Shown piece after piece: positions 50,437 through 64,000 of a DNA stretch of 64,000 nt. The notes beneath the pieces are model-generated. The model did no database searches. It saw only the letters and a program-made list of their open reading frames with translations, and was not told where the DNA came from. Numbering within the stretch: position 1 is the first letter of the stretch; every line of letters starts with the position of its first letter. The translations under genes were made by a program, and so were the position numbers. The stretch comes from Rhizophagus irregularis. Its lineage: Eukaryota. The stretch is taken from NCBI RefSeq assembly GCF_026210795.1, contig NC_089433.1, positions 2,790,001-2,854,000 on the forward strand, given 5' to 3'.

Positions 50437-53400
50437 TATGTTGCCTTTAGTTTCCGTGTTGACTCTTTGTATGGTTTGAACGTAAAATATATTCGTATTT
50501 AATTTAAAAAGGAATTTATGAGATATAAAATAATATCTTTTTGAGGTAATAAAATTATGAGGTTGCCAAAAATAAGGGAAATTTTTTTTTAAAAAAAAAT
50601 AACAAAAATAACGTCGAAAATATTATTACGCGCTAAGCGAATGAGACGAGAAAAAAAAAATAAAATCTGATATAGAGAATAAAAATATTGAATGTTTTAA
50701 AGGTTCAGAAACCAGACCGTTTGAAAGTTTTATGTTCTATTTGTGAATAAAAGAATTTTTTTTTTTTTCATGCAAAAATGATTTTGAATAAGGCGTAAAG
50801 TTTTTATTGAATAGTTATAAAGTAGCTCGTGTTAGGCAAGTGGAAAAAAAATAAATAAAAGTAAAAGATTTATTGTATTTTGGAAATTTTTTTTTTTTTT
50901 TTGAAATTCGTCGCGACGGTCCTTAACTCCTTATATAAAAGTTAGTATAATGTAATACAAAAATACAAAAAAAAAATTTTTTTTTTATACACATGATAAT
51001 AAATTAAAAAATCATGTGAGCAAGAAGGAAATGTGATGTACACTAGCCGAATGCTATGAAATTTATGAATCCTGGTGGATAAATATAGCTCAATAAATAA
51101 ATTTTGATAAAATTTATTTAACCTTAATCTTTTAAAATATGTGGAAATATTTTAAAAATGTGTACATTAAAAAAAAAAATTTTTTTATTTCCGCTTTATT
51201 GTGTATCCTGCCTGTGCCGCCATGTCGACTAGGCTACACCAATTTTTTTATCTGTTTTACATAACATAAGGGATCATTATTCTGGGGATTTGACCAGAAT
51301 TATCATTAATTTTGACCGGAATTATAATTGCATTAAAATTTTTTTTATGATACAAAAACTTTTGGCCAAAATTAAAAAATATCTTCTAATTCTGACCTAA
51401 ATTATATGTTTATTAAACACTGCAAAATTTGAAAAAGGGTTCCAGATAGCATTATTTCTTCGAGAACTCGACATAACGAAACGAATCCCCTTTATAAGAT
51501 GTTTTTATATAAAGAAAAATCTTAAAAAATCGCTTTATCGTAAAATTCAAGTTCTGACTGAAATTTTTGCTTGTGCCAATTATTATAATACCCCCATAAA
51601 ATACGTATGTAAAAAATAATAGAAATTAGTAAACCAGTCAAATTGTCGAAATGAGTACAAAAATGTCTTACGCGAGGCGAGAAATTCAGATTCAATAAGA
51701 CGAATACGAGTCATCCAATTTTAATTAATCTGCTCTATCGATTCTACTGTAGTACCCTGGTTATAGCAGTACCAGATACATACACAAGCAGTGCTTTATT
51801 TAACGACAAGTGACACTCTGAGGTTAAAAAATAAACTGAATTGATCCACCTATATTAAACGAAATTAATTTGTTTAATAATATATAACACATGATCTATT
51901 TTCGTTTCCGGAATTGTGAATAATGTGGATATGAGTGGTACAAAATTTTTTTGGCAAAACTATTTTCCCCAGTGTTACTTACATAGCATCTCCAGTAATA
52001 TTGATTTACTCTTTTCCCCTTTTACTCCTTACATTGCCACAATGTAAACTAACAAAATAGAGCTTACAAAATGTATCATGTTTTTTCAAAACTATGAAGG
52101 ATTTCTAAATGAATAGAGTGTTGCCTTAAAAAAGCGCTTAAATTCGAAATAAACTTAATACAGTCAGACTAACCAATCAGAATCATTGAAATTCCTAGAT
52201 CGATTTCTTTTTTTCAGGTAAACAAATGTTCTTAATGCACCGAACTTAATAATACAATTTTCAAAATGTATTTTTATCAAAAAAATTATTAATAAAAGAA
52301 GTATATTTATGTAAAGATGCTTGTAAACCTTCTCTACTAATAATTAAAATTTTATAAAAAATTCAATGATTAAGATTTATCAAGTGATTTGCTGTGCACT
52401 TAATGTTGACCAATCTAATTTAATGCTGGCCAGAATTAGGATAAAATCGAATAAACAAATATGGCTGGTTTATAAATATGACTTCGGTATAATTATAAGT
52501 AGATGTTTAAGAAAAAAGTTTGTTATGAGTCAAAATCGGGTTATCCCGAATCGTTATATCGAGTTCTGACTGTACAACTCTCAAAAAATAAAACTTGGGC
52601 CGGATAGGATAATTTGCTATAGTGATATCTACTGAAGTCGTATATTGTATAACTTTTTAATTTCTTTAATAATAGTCACTGAAAAGATAACGAGGAGGAA
52701 AAAACAATACATGAAATAATACGAATGTATCTTATGAAGGAGAAAATGAAAAGTTAAAGATGAATATTTGTATAATTGTATTGAACTTTCATCTTTTCTT
52801 TGATTATATTTTAGGAAAAGATGTATCATCAAAGAAAATTATGAAATTGAAGCTGCTCATCACAATTTACATCTAATTCAGAGGGCGATGATTTACCGTA
52901 ACAAGAACTAAAGAAAAGGTAAGATGTATCCATTTTAATATATTATATATGTACAGCAGATTATGACTTAAATATTATTTTTACCTATTAATTTCAGTTC
53001 ATCTTGTGAAGGCAACTTGGTGAATGTAGTTTGCATTTTGTTTCAGTCGGAGACTTCTCAAAATTGCAAAATAAGCGTTCCAGTAAGTAGTAACTCAAGA
53101 TTCAATTGTTAAGCATGAAAATGATTATATTATTTGAAAGTGATGAAGAGATATACATATGAGCAGATTTGACTTATTTACATGAAATCTTGGACAAATT
53201 ACTTATAATTTTGTATATAATGAGAAGGTTCTAGTATTTGCATTTTAATCTTTATTAATTTCTAATTGCATTTAAGGCCAAAGAATTGTTAGAAGAACCA
53301 CTTAACAAACCAAAAGGTCATTTATGATTAAAAAATGTTCAAATGACATTATATATAACACTAGAAATAGAATGTATTGGGAATGATAATTAAATTTTAT

Positions 53401-54273
53401 AATCGAAATAAAAAACTGTTGAATTCTTTTATATTAAAAATTTTATATTTACCGCATATTTGAATTACCAAACTATATTTTAAATAATAATAAAAAATTA
53501 ATTCCATGATTGGATAGTGTTTTATGTCAAAATTTTTTTTCCATATATTATACTAAAATTTTATTGGTTAAATAGTTACCGAACAGCTCATATTATGATG
53601 CAGCGTCTATATACGAACCAAACCTTTTGGAACGGAGAGTTTATATGTTTATATTCAGTGGTGACTGTAAATTGGAACATTTTCTAAATCCTCTAAAAAT
53701 AATCTTCTCAAAATATCTTGTCCATGTTTCATAACACAAAAGCCAGAATCAAAAATCCTCCTCCTACCGGTTATTAAAAATATACATGCCATGTACCGAT
53801 GATGTACATGACTTCAATTTGGAACATGTTTTAAATCTCCATTCCAGATTGTGGTTCCTTAGTGGCCTTAAACCGGTTAAGATTTTTAGATCGGCTCTAG
53901 AAGTAGTAGGTTTAAGTCTTAGGAATCTGAAAGTCTTGAAGCATCCTAAAATTAAAATATAATTAATTATATCATCTGACACTATATATTAATTATTGTA
54001 CTGTTTTAACAAATTAGCGGTAAAACAGATACAGATCAGATTATTATTTTAACTGTTGATTGTAAAGCCTTTTATTTTCGATAAAGATAAAATTTTATAT
54101 TATCTTATAAGTTAAAAAGAGAAGTAATTAATTAAACAAATACATTTTCTAGCCTTTCAGATTGTTAGGGCGGGGCGTCATAAAAAATTTTTTAACCGTT
54201 TTACATGTAATATCAGAATTTTTGCTACATATAAGTATATAACACTTTTCCTACTACCAATTGTATCCGATTA

Positions 54274-54800
54274 CAGTCGGACCTCTATGTACCGATACTG
54301 TTGTTTTGCTTGGGAATTATATCGGTATATCAAATTATCGTTACATATACCGTCATCAGTGAATCATAATACGGGCCAAAATCCAATTCTTGCCAGCATT
54401 ATGCAAACTCCAGATAGCTAATATGTTTAAATGTCATATGATTTGGATTGGGCGTACCATTATTTGATAATTCTATATATTATTTTATTTAGGTAAATTA
54501 GATAGTGATACACTTTAAATATAACAAAATAATAAATGATGTTTTCAACTGATATTCTTTGTCTAACCCTCGTTATTTCAACCAGAAATTAGTGTTACGA
54601 TCTGATGGATTCGTCATCCATTTAATAACCTTTATGCTAACTCTGGCCAAATTATAATGTTGGCCCGAATTAATACCAGTGTAACCTAAAGTAAGTACAT
54701 CTTACTTTATGCAAGGAAAGGTATGGGTACACGTTACATTGATATCGTGAAACTATATATAATATCGGTACAATGAGGTTTTTTTATTAATTGTGAAACG
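54274..54800. mobile_element. pogo/Tc1-like element end, with nested MITE-like sequence at ~54357-54681
   Basis: TA|CAGTCGGACCTCTATGTACCGATA terminus, with subterminal TATCGGTA repeats at ~54320 and ~54763. Confidence 0.65.
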
Positions 54801-56248
54801 GGACAGAAAATTAAACCATTTTTTGTAGTAAATTTTAATAATAAGTGATAATAATCGATAAAAATCATATGTATGTACCTCGGTATTTTGGTTTGTTTTT
54901 TCTATATCGAACAACTTGAAAGTAATAAGCTTTTTTGTGTGGATAGATTTTGTTTTTACGATTATTTTCAATTTGTCAAAACTTTTCGATGTTCGGGTTA
55001 ATTGATTTCATGATAGCACAGATCGTGTTTACAGGTTTTGCACGAGTGATCATTAATGGACTTGCACGAGATTTTAAGGAATCCACATTATTTAACACCA
55101 GTTTGCAAATGTCGGTGATTACATTTTTCATGTGTCATATTTCTTTTTTTAAAATGACAATTTTTGTTAATTCTGAGTGAAACTGAGGAAAAAGAATTTT
55201 CGTTGTCTTTATATTTTAATTTTTCACTTCAATTAAATATCATTATAACCTAATCCGATAATGATAGCATTATAAATTACTTAATTTGACATTTATATAT
55301 AGTATTCCAAATATTAAACAAAATAATAGATTGAAATACGTTTATAAGTTACCAATTGTATTTTTATGCGTATTCCCATTTTATATTAATTTTGCATTTA
55401 ATAAACTTTACGATTTTTTTTACTAAAAAAAAAAAGTAATAAAAATAATTATCAAAATGTGAACATTACTGTATTATTAAATATAAATTAAAATGATAAT
55501 CATAAAAATGCCAAAAACGAAAGATCCGTGACAACATTACATGCAGTATACTGTATATCAGATATGTCAATTCATTGTATCAAGATTTTATATTATCAGA
55601 TATCCAGTAAGCCGAACATGAATCATGGGTTAATTTAACTCAAACGGATAAATAATAATTATTTATTAGGTAAATACCGTCAAGCACGCTCTTCTTTCAT
55701 TTTTGTTTTCACTGTTTTATATCATAATAAAATGATGATAGTTTTATGTATTAATAATTAAACTTAAGTTAATGAATATAATTTATTTTTATATACGATA
55801 AACAACAAAAATTTAACATCGCCAATTTCTGACTATTGATGATCTACAGAATGAATTTGATCCCACATTTTTAGTAGACTATTAAGAAATAATTGAATTC
55901 ATTAAGCATATATTTTTAATAACAGATTTGTGAACTGGTAGAAATAGGAAAGAATTTCTTAATATTACCAAAACTCCTTGAGGAAGTCATCTGTTTGATA
56001 ACCAATCAAAAAATTTTTAATTGATCAACATCACTGAGTCAGGCACGGAACATAAAACTCGGGTTTAATATTACTTGCTGTTCGTAAATGAATCTTTCTT
56101 AAAGAAGTTACACTTTGCTATAAAATATTTTTGATACTCACACACTACTGAGCATTTAGTTGAATGCTTCAAAAATATTTTATGCAATGGAAATTATTAC
56201 TAATAAGAGTTCTAATTCAAAAAATATGTTAATTGCTAAATGGAATTA

Positions 56249-56600
56249 CAGTCAGACCTCTATGTACCGATAATTATCTGTATGAAATGGAAAGGATTTT
56301 TCGTCAAATTTACTAATAACCGGCAGAGTATTTTACATATTGATTTTTATACATATTTTATTTGCAATTAAGAAAAGCAGCCCCTAACCCATATTTTATA
56401 TAATATATAATTTGGCCAGCACTGATTGCAAAGAATGAGTTCTTAATTGTTAAAAAATACAATATACCCAAATATACCCATAATCTCCAGCCGACGATGT
56501 TAATAGTAAAATTTAACGAAAGTGTTTAATTTTGTAATTTTGGTTCTCATTTAAAATTGCAATTTTGAAGATATCCTCATGATTTTTTTAATGAGAGATA
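56249..56600. mobile_element. pogo/Tc1-like element end (partner of the 54274 end); right boundary uncertain
   Basis: TA|CAGTCAGACCTCTATGTACCGATA, 23/24 identical to the terminus at 54274. Confidence 0.6.
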
Positions 56601-58191
56601 GTCAGGAAGTCAAGAATTTGTTTGGTACTTTTAAGAGTTCGAAATTACAATAAAACTGTTTCGGCTCCAGATTATGGGTACTAATAAATTTATATATAAA
56701 ATTGCCCCGCCGATCATGAATGAAAATCTTTCCATTTGCGAATTTAAGGTGTGGGTAAAATAAAATAAGAAATGCGGCTGGATCATCATTTTCACATTTA
56801 TTTTTACGGTTACGCAAGGATAATCGAGCCCCGGAAGAATCAGGTCTTTCCGGGCTCATCCGGTTCCGGAGTTCCCGTTTATAGTGTAATTGTATATATT
56901 TATGAATATTTATTTATCATAAACATTTTTTATAGTAGTGCTTTAATTTTTCTTGTCATCTTAAAAATAAAATATTAAATGTTACGCAAAAAAATTCCAA
57001 AGACGAAAGTACCAGCACCAGTTTATAGTTTTTTTTTTTAAAAAAAAATTCTATAAGCATATAATGTAATAAATAAAACATTTCACTTTATTTTCTTCAA
57101 AAGTTAGCGAAAAAAAATTAACGTCAAAGTTTAAATCCAAAATAATTCATTCATATCTAATATTTAATGTCAAAATGATGTTTTTACTTTTTAGCAGAGT
57201 ACGATAAAAAAAAAAATTTCATGAAAACTTGAAAACTTTCTATAAAGAAAAAAAAAATATTTATATTCGAAATTGATCGTGATACTTGAGATGGATAAAA
57301 ATATTTCCACCCGATTTATTTAAAAGAAAAAATAAATACACTGATAAAAGTACAATATTTATATTTACGGTGATATGAAAAAAAAAAATGCAACAATGTG
57401 AATTTAATCAATATTTTGTTTTACTGCGTTGTTTTTATTGTACCGATAGCGAAATTAAAATCTTGATATCTTATACAACGATATTTGTTTTACTATATAC
57501 ATTTGTAGTTCACATTTTTATGATAAATACGATGAAAATTTTTCCAATTTCCCCAATTTGATAAACTTAATGTCCCTCACTCTTCTCGTTGAAAATATTC
57601 GAAGCAAATTTATCATCCTTGTTGCGCTTGTGCAGCACAAAAAAAATTCTACGAAAGTGTTTAAAATTATTATCATTCCCTCCTTATCCTTTTCCCTTCA
57701 ACTAGTAGAAGGTATGTTAAAATAATTGTTATGCCTAATAAAAACGAGAAATTTTTCATTAGGCCAATCTTGTGAGTCCATGACTTTGAAATTTTACGAT
57801 AATTCAATTAAGCCACCAAAAAAAAAAAAAAATTCTTATAACGAAGTTTCGACACATTTAATATTTCCGAAATTACCACTAAGATAACATTACCCCTAAT
57901 AAAAAAATAAAATACAAAAGTTCGTAGTAACAAATTTGTAAAAAACGACAGTATATAACAGTATATACAATGTATGACGTATATGTATGACAGAGAGAAA
58001 AAACTTCGAAAATCGTTTGAAAGTCTTCAAAAGTGTTAAATATACGGAGGAGATATACGGTGAGTGTAAAAAAAAAGAAAGAAATCAAAAAAAAAAAAGT
58101 ATTTACAAAGGAATATGATATTGTAGTATTGTACAGTAATAGTGTGTTTATTTATTTGAAATAAGTTTTTTGGAAACAATAAATGGTTAAA

Positions 58192-58386
58192 TCAATAACC
58201 ATAGAAGAAACTATGAATTGACGAATTGTTCGTCAATTGTGGAGGAAGTGTTGATAAAGTTGTGATTATGTTCAATTGGATTGGTCCATTATTATTTATA
58301 TTATTTGCCGTTAATTTCCTTAATTTTCTTTCAAACCTTCGTTTGCAGATCGCTTTACTAATAACTTTAGACGATTTACGAGACAT
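58192..58386 (-). CDS. Small basic orphan protein, 64 aa (paralogue of 27198-27377)
   Basis: MSRKSSKVISKAICKRRFERKLRKLTANNINNNGPIQLNIITTLSTLPPQLTNNSSIHSFFYGY* from the first ATG at 58386. Confidence 0.65.
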   Translation of the reverse strand: MSRKSSKVISKAICKRRFERKLRKLTANNINNNGPIQLNIITTLSTLPPQLTNNSSIHSFFYGY

Positions 58387-61104
58387 TTTCAAAGTATACA
58401 ATAATTATATTTGAAAATTTATTTTTTTTTGAAAATAAATTTCCTGTTTATTTATATTGTTTCAGATCGGTCGTATGCACGATATTATTGACCGAAACTT
58501 TTATTGACTTATATTTTTACGAATATTATTAATATTATATATTGATAACTTATAACAGTTAGTTCGGGTTTTAAAAATATTATTATTTTTATAGCTGACA
58601 TTCGGATACACACTTTTGGAATCGTAATAAGTTGCTTTTGGAAACGTAATAAGACGTTGTAATTTACGGATGTGTTTGTTAATAGTAATACCGATAATAC
58701 CGATTTAACGATTTAACGAGCAATATACTACGGTAAGCTACCGACTATATACAATCACTTATTATTACCCATGACCGAATTTGTCTCGGAACAGATATAG
58801 GAATTAATTGCATAATTATTTTTTCAATGAAATTTTCGCAGTATAAATAATTCTGCAGGGTTTATTAAAAGAGATCCCGGAGATTCCGACGCGTTAAAAA
58901 TTGGGTATTATGAACCTTTTTAAGGTAAAAAATTTCAACGAGTAATAATAAAGAAAAAAGGATTTTTTTTTTTCATTCTGAAAATGTTAAGATTTATATA
59001 TTCTTTCGAACCAATTGACAAATTCTTAATAAAAAATGAAGCATCCAATCAATCTCCTTTTTTATAATTAAAACGCGATTTAAAGTAAGGTAAACTTCCA
59101 TGTGTACTAAAAATATCTGGAAAAAAATATTTCATGATTTTTAACGTATTTTACAGTATAATAATTTATATTATATTTATATAACACCTCTATATTATAT
59201 TATTTATATATAACATATAATATTTATTTTACAGCCATTTCACCAAATTTTAATAAATGACTAATAAGAAATGATTATTATTCTTATTATGTACTTAATC
59301 TAATATAATTGGCGTGGACAATTTATAGTAAATAATAGTAAATAATAGTAACAACAATAATAATAGTTAAGTATATTAAAACATTTTCATTTCAATAAAA
59401 AAACTATGTGTTACGTATCAAAATATGAACCTGATGTGGAATGCTTGTTTCAAAATTTAAAATAGATTTATTCTAATGATTTATATTGTAAAACGTTAAA
59501 TTAATAATTGACTTATCGTATTGATATCTCTCCGCTACAAATTATTTTGTGATACTAATAGATAACAAATTTGATTATCAGCCAAAATTACGGGAATACA
59601 TCATTTTCTTACCACGCATTTATACATGTCTCCAAATAAAAACAAACAAAAATTAATACACGTACGTATGATATTCGGTTCGACCTTATTCCGTTTATAT
59701 ATTATATTCTAACATATATTAAAATTTCTTTTATCAAATTAATATTATTCATTTTATTTATCTATTTATTTTTTTTTTTATGCAAAACAAAAATGACTGT
59801 TATCAAATCACGCGTTGTTTCTATATCAAAGTCAATTATTGGTCAATCTACATAAATTAAGAGTTTCCGAAATAAGGAATGCCTAATCAGTATAATTATA
59901 AACTAAGGTAATATATTAGAATGACAATATTTACAATATATTTATTATAATATCAATTTTTTTTTCTTTCATCATTATGCAGGAACAAATAATATTCATT
60001 TTTCTTTTTCCCTTTTCGTTTCATTCAATATAAACAAGTAATATCATTCCGATATTTATTTTACAGTTATTCAGTTATAGTTAGATTTATTTTGTTGTTA
60101 TCATATTGATTCTTAAGAAATATTATCCAATAACGACGGCATGATAAATTACTATTTTGCTAATGAATAATTTATATATCACAGTATACAGAATATTGAA
60201 CAAAATAAATAGTTTTACAAAATAAATTATTATTAAATATATTATGTTTATAAATTACAAATTATTATTAAATTTATTATTTATATGTATATGCCGAAAT
60301 GAGTGTAGCATTTATACTGCAATTATTATATTAATCTTATATAAAAATAAAGTAAAAGTAATAACCAGTTTTATCAAAAATGTGAACATAGTAATAATTA
60401 TAAATAGTAATGATTTCAAACGCGTCACTTAAAAGTTTATGGCGATAGAAAAGAGAAATAATGTTTCGAAGGGTAGAGAAATTTTGACAAATGTTTTAAA
60501 CGGTCATATCTAATAATAATATCTAATCGTAATTGAAAACGAGTGTAATTCAAGAAAAATCTCACCCTTTAGTTTTTATTAACTGTACTTTCTTTCTTTT
60601 AGTTTAAGCACCAATGAAATTATCGGGTAAACCATGTAAAAGAAGTTTAAAATAATGAATTTAAGTTAGGTATTAATTCTATTTACAGTAAATACTATAT
60701 ACTCTATAAACTATGATCCAGATAAGTACAGTACTGAATATGCAGTTTATTAATTTATTATTCTTTAACTATTATTAATTACAGTTCAATATCCAAAAGA
60801 ACCTCTTACAGATAAATAAAAATTTATCAGCCTGCCGAAAAATTGGCCCACATTAAGCTTTAATGCTTCCCGAAAGTCGTTCTGTAATACTAATATAATC
60901 CTAATCAAGACTATCTAAAAACTAACAAAAATTCTTGCTAAAATTTCCGACTTTCCATCCCTAATCTATATTTGTACATCCAAACATCCAATTAATTTAA
61001 ATTTAATATACAATAAAAAAAAATATTTTCGGGATTTTGACTCGTCGGATTTTGACCTCGGGGTTTGAGTTTCGGATTTTGGACGGCACCCTGCAAGGTT
61101 GCAA

Positions 61105-61294
61105 TAGGACCCAGAAATATATATACAGGGGTAGGGTACACAGATGCGTCGCTATCATAGTGAAATTAGAAAGAGTAAAGTTTTGATTTGCGTACAATCT
61201 AAGAATTTTTCATCCATAGTTAGGTCATCAAGAATTTTTATATGTAAAAAGTTTTTTCGCCACCTGACCCTTATATATATATTTCTGGGTCCTA
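61105..61294. mobile_element. MITE, 21-bp perfect inverted ends including flanking TA
   Basis: TAGGACCCAGAAATATATATA ... TATATATTTCTGGGTCCTA. It lies next to a Mutator-like TIR end (CGGATTTTGA sub-repeats, 61026-61091). Confidence 0.8.
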
Positions 61295-61585
61295 CAAGCA
61301 CTGCATGGCAAAATTAATCTGTCGGTAAAATGAAATGATTGTCGGGATGTACTAGCCCTGTTCAATCCAATTTTTTTTTTAATCCAATTTTTAAATGATT
61401 GGCTAAAAAATTTAGCAAAAATCGGAACGGAACGGAACAGAATAGACTACTGTAATTGTAATTGTCGGTGAAATTAAACCCTAAAATTTCAAAATGATAT
61501 CAAACCAATTTCATTAAATATAATATTGCAATCATTGTTTTGGGTATCTTATAATAAATATCAAAACTGTGACGATATCAAAATG

Positions 61586-61730
61586 TTATCCGGTATCACG
61601 TGATTTTTTATAATTAAAAATGGTTATAATAAATCGTGTATCAGGCAAAATTCGTGTATCAGGCAAAAAAATCGTGTATCAGGCAAAAATTCGTGTATCA
61701 GGCAATATCAAATCACGGGATACCGGATAA
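61586..61730. mobile_element. Mini inverted-repeat element with four internal tandem 15-mers
   Basis: TTATCCGGTATCACGTGATTT / AAATCACGGGATACCGGATAA (20/21 complementary). TCGTGTATCAGGCAA occurs at 61634, 61652, 61672 and 61691. Confidence 0.75.
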
Positions 61731-64000
61731 ATCACTTATTCGGCACTTCGAACCGAATAACTATTAAATATCGTTTAAGTGTATAGTATTCCCTTAAGTG
61801 ATCAGCCATATAGCAAAATGTCAAAAAAAAACTCCATTTTTGGTGCAATATGAACTTTCGTAATACCTAACATAAAAGGATAAAACCTATATGGTTAAAA
61901 AAACCACGGTTTTGAACTTCTATTATTTGACTTAAAAATATTCTCCTTATTTAAAATTTTTGGTTTGAAACTTTTGTATGAAGTTTTAAAACTTTCGCGA
62001 ATGTCTATTATTTGTTTCTGGCGAATGTGAAATAAAGAATATTATTGGTTTCCATTTTATTGGTTTAGTTGGTTTAGTTTTGAGTTAACAATAGCCATAT
62101 AAAGTTTAATTTTTAGAAATATATTCATTATGTAAATATACACTATTTAGTTCTTTATTTTGTATACTTTGAACAATTTTAAAACGTAAGAATAAATAAA
62201 TCTTTTTTAAAGACTCTTTAAACATATCAGATATGGTATTTTAAATAATATTAGATTTATTTATTATCTTGTTTTTTTTCTGTCTTGATGTCTTCGTCGG
62301 GCTATTTTAAATGTTACACAATGACTGATTTCATATACCGGTAAATTATTTAACCAGTTGTTTATCTAATAGCCACATGGCTGTGTTACAAAGATGAAAA
62401 ACGCACCGTCCTTAACCTGGTCTGTTCTATATTTCATCTTTCTTCCGTAAAAGGCTCATTTCCGGAATTAATGGATCTGTGAAAGGCTCATTTTTACGGA
62501 CGTGACACGGCGGATGTAAATCTCAGTTTTTTCAAAGCGAGGGTACAATTACAAATAAAATATGTATAAAAATTAATATGTAAAATGCCCACCGGTTATT
62601 ATTAAATTTGAATCCTTCCATTTCTTGCGAATTTAAAATTTAATAAAAGGATAAAAGTATTTTAAAAAATTTCATTTAAATAATTATCTGTTATATTTGC
62701 CCCTCCGATTATATTATTAAACTATAGTTTCACCAACTTCATAATATTACATAATATAAATAAACAATTTACCTTTATACAGATATAGAATAGATTTTCA
62801 CAGCTTATTTTGAATGATTAAAAAAAAAAATATTCTCAACGCGCATTCTCATAACTGTATGCATGTGTAATATATTTCACAATGAGGTATCTTGAAATTT
62901 TTTTTTATGTCCGAAAGTAATATAATAATAAGCTGAAGTTTACAAGATAAACTCGTATTAAAAAGAACTGTAAATAAAATTTATGAGAATGATAGCTTCA
63001 CAAATCTCCATTAAAATTTTGTAAATCTGAATTACTCAAACCTATTATTATAAATAACTTTATTTCTTCAACACTATCAATTTATTTAATCAAAGTGTTA
63101 AAATTACACCATATATATTCGTTATCAAATTATTTTCATCAAATTTAACGAAGAATATTATTAATTAAATTTTAGAATATCATACTTTTCAGAAACTTTT
63201 GTCACATATTTTTTATAATGCAAACCTTTTCAAATTTTCTTAACACTTGCAAATTTTCTACAATTTATTATTAAGTCCGCCTCCATAGTATGCATGTGTC
63301 CCGAAGTTACATAAGAATATTGCAAAAAGGAAATAGTGGTGATTTGTGGAACAGTGGAAGGACGTTTTACATTTTCGTCTTCAAGATCATAGTCCCTCCG
63401 CTTTGCTCCGGACAATTAACATTGACTACTATATAGGAACAACATTTTTACTAAAATTGAATACTTCTTTGAATACTTCTATCACATTAAATAATACACC
63501 TATAATAACGCATATATACTTGTGATGTGGCAGCAGGAATTTCTAATATTCGTTTGCCGGATGGTTGTGCCAAACAAAAAAGATGATGATCGTCCACTAC
63601 AAATTGATATTGATTTTGATTATTTTTAATAATTCATTAACGAATATTCTTATAATATATTTTGCTAATTTATATTTAATTTGTTGGCTTTAAAGGAAGA
63701 AAATACGAAACTATTAAGAGCTTAAAATAATGAATTGAGGCAACAATTAGATGAAGTTATTAACTGCTATCTTACTGACTCCGGCAATCCCGCAGCATCA
63801 AAATGATTATATATATATATATATATATATATTATATGATTTTACAATAAATCAAATAAAGCAATGAACTTGTACAACTTTACTATTCAAACATGAAATT
63901 TTAGTCACTTTTATAAAAATTCTTAAAATTCTTGGTAAAATATATATATATATATATAGCTAGCAATATTTATTTAGTATCGAGTAATTACATTTAACGT

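Noticed and set aside
52810..53330. Possible spliced gene remnant (AG|GTAAGA..TTCAG)
   Set aside because: I could not build a continuous frame or recognise any motif.
61634..61705. CRISPR-like short direct repeats
   Set aside because: There are no unique spacers (only 3-5 A/T between units) and no cas genes, and the context is eukaryotic.

Overview
This is eukaryotic, very AT-rich genomic DNA with many short GT-AG introns. Gene content and repeat types suggest an arbuscular mycorrhizal (Glomeromycota, Rhizophagus-like) fungus; that assignment is inference, not a database result. Bases 1-15 kb form a compact housekeeping block: a coiled-coil gene with dynein-adaptor-like motifs, IES2/INO80B, a Tim17-family gene, an EEP/sphingomyelinase-like gene, an intron-containing tRNA-Gly(TCC), COG5 and an intronless PPR gene. 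Bases 19-24 kb encode a ~1486-aa secretory-pathway membrane protein with large Gly/Asn and Gly/Ala/Pro repeat inserts and an XK-like multi-TM C-terminus. Bases 24-64 kb are accessory and repeat-rich. They hold two paralogous ~60-aa basic microprotein ORFs in duplicated blocks ~31 kb apart, a secreted HEXXH metalloprotease, a Crinkler-like pseudogene, a young internally deleted Ty3/Gypsy-type LTR element, a two-domain orphan gene, many MITEs/TIR fragments and a rearrangement with one breakpoint inside a transposon. All exon models were built by hand from splice signals and frame continuity, and all family calls rest on recognised motifs rather than searches.
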